Origin: Microbacteriaceae bacterium
Lineage (GTDB): Bacteria; Actinomycetota; Actinomycetes; Actinomycetales; Microbacteriaceae
Direction: 5' to 3'
Assembly: GCA_043779945.1 (NCBI GenBank)
Contig: JAYWDH010000185.1
Coordinates: 1-56,644 of the forward strand
Length of the DNA stretch: 56,644 bases
Shown here: one piece after another, positions 55,266-56,644 of the stretch
Position numbering within the stretch: position 1 is the stretch's first letter
Layout of the letters: each line of letters opens with the position of its first letter
Program-made: the position numbers and the translations under genes
The notes under the pieces: generated by a model
The model's input: the letters and a program-made list of their open reading frames with translations, nothing else
The model's database searches: none
Told to the model about the DNA's origin: nothing

Positions 55266-56644
55266 TTAGGCGGACGGAGTACTGCCAGCGCGAGGTTCGT
55301 AGCGAACTACCGGGAACGCAAGGACCACGAGGGCCCGAAGCGCCTCAAGGTCGCCGTTCACGAACCCTTGCGCTCGCGCCTGCACTAGAACGTTACCGAT
55401 GGCGGTCGCTTCGACCGGGCCCGCGAGCACCGGAAGGCCGGTCGCGTCCGCGGTGAGCTGGCAGAGCAGGGCGTTTTGGCTCCCGCCGCCGACCAGGTGC
55501 ACGACCGACACCGCGGCGCCGCTCAGGGCCCGCGCGGTCGCGATCGAGTGGGCGTATGCATCGGCCAGGCTCTGCATGATCGTGCGGACCAACTCGGCCC
55601 TGGATGTAGGAGCCATACGACCACGCGAAGTGAACCAGGCCGCGATGCGCGACTCCATATCGCCGGGCGCGAGGAAGGTCTCATCATCGGCATCGAACAC
55701 CGGGACGGGTGTCGTGACGGCGGTGGCCTGCGAAATCAACTCGGGCAGCGAGACGGTTTCCCCGCTCTTCTCCCACTCGCGCACACACTCGCTGAGCAGC
55801 CAGAGACCCATCACGTTGTGCAGGTAACGCACCCGGCCGTCGACGCCGCCCTCGTTGGTGAAGCGCGCGACGCGGCTAGCCTCGCTGAGCACTGGGCGCT
55901 CCAGCTCGACGCCGACGAGCGACCAGGTACCGCTCGAGATGTAGGCGAAGTCGGGGGTGGACGCCGGGATCGCGACGATCGCCGACGCGGTATCGTGCGA
56001 TCCGACCGTGGTGACCACCGCGCGCGTCGAGCCCACACCGCGCAGCGCGGAGGGGGCGAGCCCCCCGAGTTCCGTACCGGCGTCGACGAGCGAGCGGAAG
56101 ATTCCTCGGGGGATGTCGAGGCGTTCCGCTAGCGCGAAGTCCCAGTCGCGGGTCTCGACGCCGAGCAGTCCGGTAGTGGAGGCATTGGTGCGCTCGGCGA
56201 CGCTGCGCCCGGTCAGCCAGTAGCTGAGCAGATCGGGCAGCAGCAGGAAGGAGTCGGCGAGGTCCAGGGTGCCGGCCGCGCGATCCGCCTCGAGTTGGAA
56301 CACTGTATTGAACGCCATGTGCTGCAGCCCGTTGCAGGCATACAGCTGCTCGGGTGAGACCTTGGCGTGGACTGCGTCGACGGCGGGGATGGTGCGCTCG
56401 TCGCGGTAGGCGTACGGGGTGCCGAGCATCCGACCGTCACGCATCAGCGCGTAGTCGACCGCCCAGGAGTCGATGCCGATGCTGGCCACTTGGGGCTCCT
56501 GGCGCACGGCGGCGGCGAGCCCCTCGACCACATCGCGGTACAGCTCGAGCACGCTCCAGTGCAAGCCGTCGATGGTGCGCACGGGGGAGTTGTGAAAGCG
56601 CGCGACGTCCGTCAGTCGGATCTCGTCGTGCCCGACGTAGCCCA
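55266..56644 (-). CDS. rhaB: Rhamnulokinase (FGGY family), 5' end outside the window
   Basis: RF.N.P, GIDSWAVDY, YRD.R, FNT.FQL, NASTT.L, HDTASA, SSGTWSL.G.E, FTNE.G, GGGS.N, P.EATA.GN. Confidence 0.9.
   Translation of the reverse strand, partial: GYVGHDEIRLTDVARFHNSPVRTIDGLHWSVLELYRDVVEGLAAAVRQEPQVASIGIDSWAVDYALMRDGRMLGTPYAYRDERTIPAVDAVHAKVSPEQLYACNGLQHMAFNTVFQLEADRAAGTLDLADSFLLLPDLLSYWLTGRSVAERTNASTTGLLGVETRDWDFALAERLDIPRGIFRSLVDAGTELGGLAPSALRGVGSTRAVVTTVGSHDTASAIVAIPASTPDFAYISSGTWSLVGVELERPVLSEASRVARFTNEGGVDGRVRYLHNVMGLWLLSECVREWEKSGETVSLPELISQATAVTTPVPVFDADDETFLAPGDMESRIAAWFTSRGRMAPTSRAELVRTIMQSLADAYAHSIATARALSGAAVSVVHLVGGGSQNALLCQLTADATGLPVLAGPVEATAIGNVLVQARAQGFVNGDLEALRALVVLAFPVVRYEPRAGSTPSA

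Noticed and set aside
1-56644. CRISPR array, tRNA/rRNA, or known riboswitch (e.g. c-di-GMP upstream of flagellar genes)
   Set aside because: No regularly spaced repeat-spacer pattern, cloverleaf or recognisable aptamer consensus was seen by eye. An Rfam scan would be needed to exclude these fully.

Overview
High-GC actinobacterial chromosomal segment, with gene content and order pointing to a Microbacteriaceae-like organism (inferred). Left arm: a small membrane trio (YtxH-like, holin-X, DUF3618-like), a coproporphyrin-dependent heme operon (chdC/hemQ-cpfC/hemH-hemC-hemD-hemB-hemL), a secreted CAP protein, pfkA, an AlkA-like glycosylase, MarR, putA, an aldo/keto reductase and a GntR. Centre (~16.4-44.6 kb): an apparently intact ~28 kb monoderm flagellar cluster running from csrA to fliW. 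It has no chemotaxis genes, flgM, fliL, flgF/flgG or flhG in the window. Right arm: Lrp with an amidinotransferase-fold enzyme and rocD, a GNAT remnant, kynU, an acyl-CoA-dehydrogenase-fold enzyme, a DDN-family nitroreductase, two esterases, lldD with a GntR, a second aldo/keto reductase and a partial rhaB. The most interesting signal is the flagellar regulatory design visible in the DNA. Five matching sigma28-type promoters (CT[A/T]AC-N15-[G/A]CCGAn[A/G]G) precede both early (flgB, fliM, flbD-mot) and late (fliC, flgN) units. GGA-loop CsrA-type hairpins sit in both the fliC and flgB leaders. FlhF is GTPase-degenerate, FliM lacks the CheY-binding motif, an NlpC/P60 hydrolase is embedded in the rod/hook operon, and the exported flagellar proteins are strongly depleted of charged residues. 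No rRNA, tRNA, CRISPR array or transposase was seen. All calls come from motif recognition by eye; no database searches were run.
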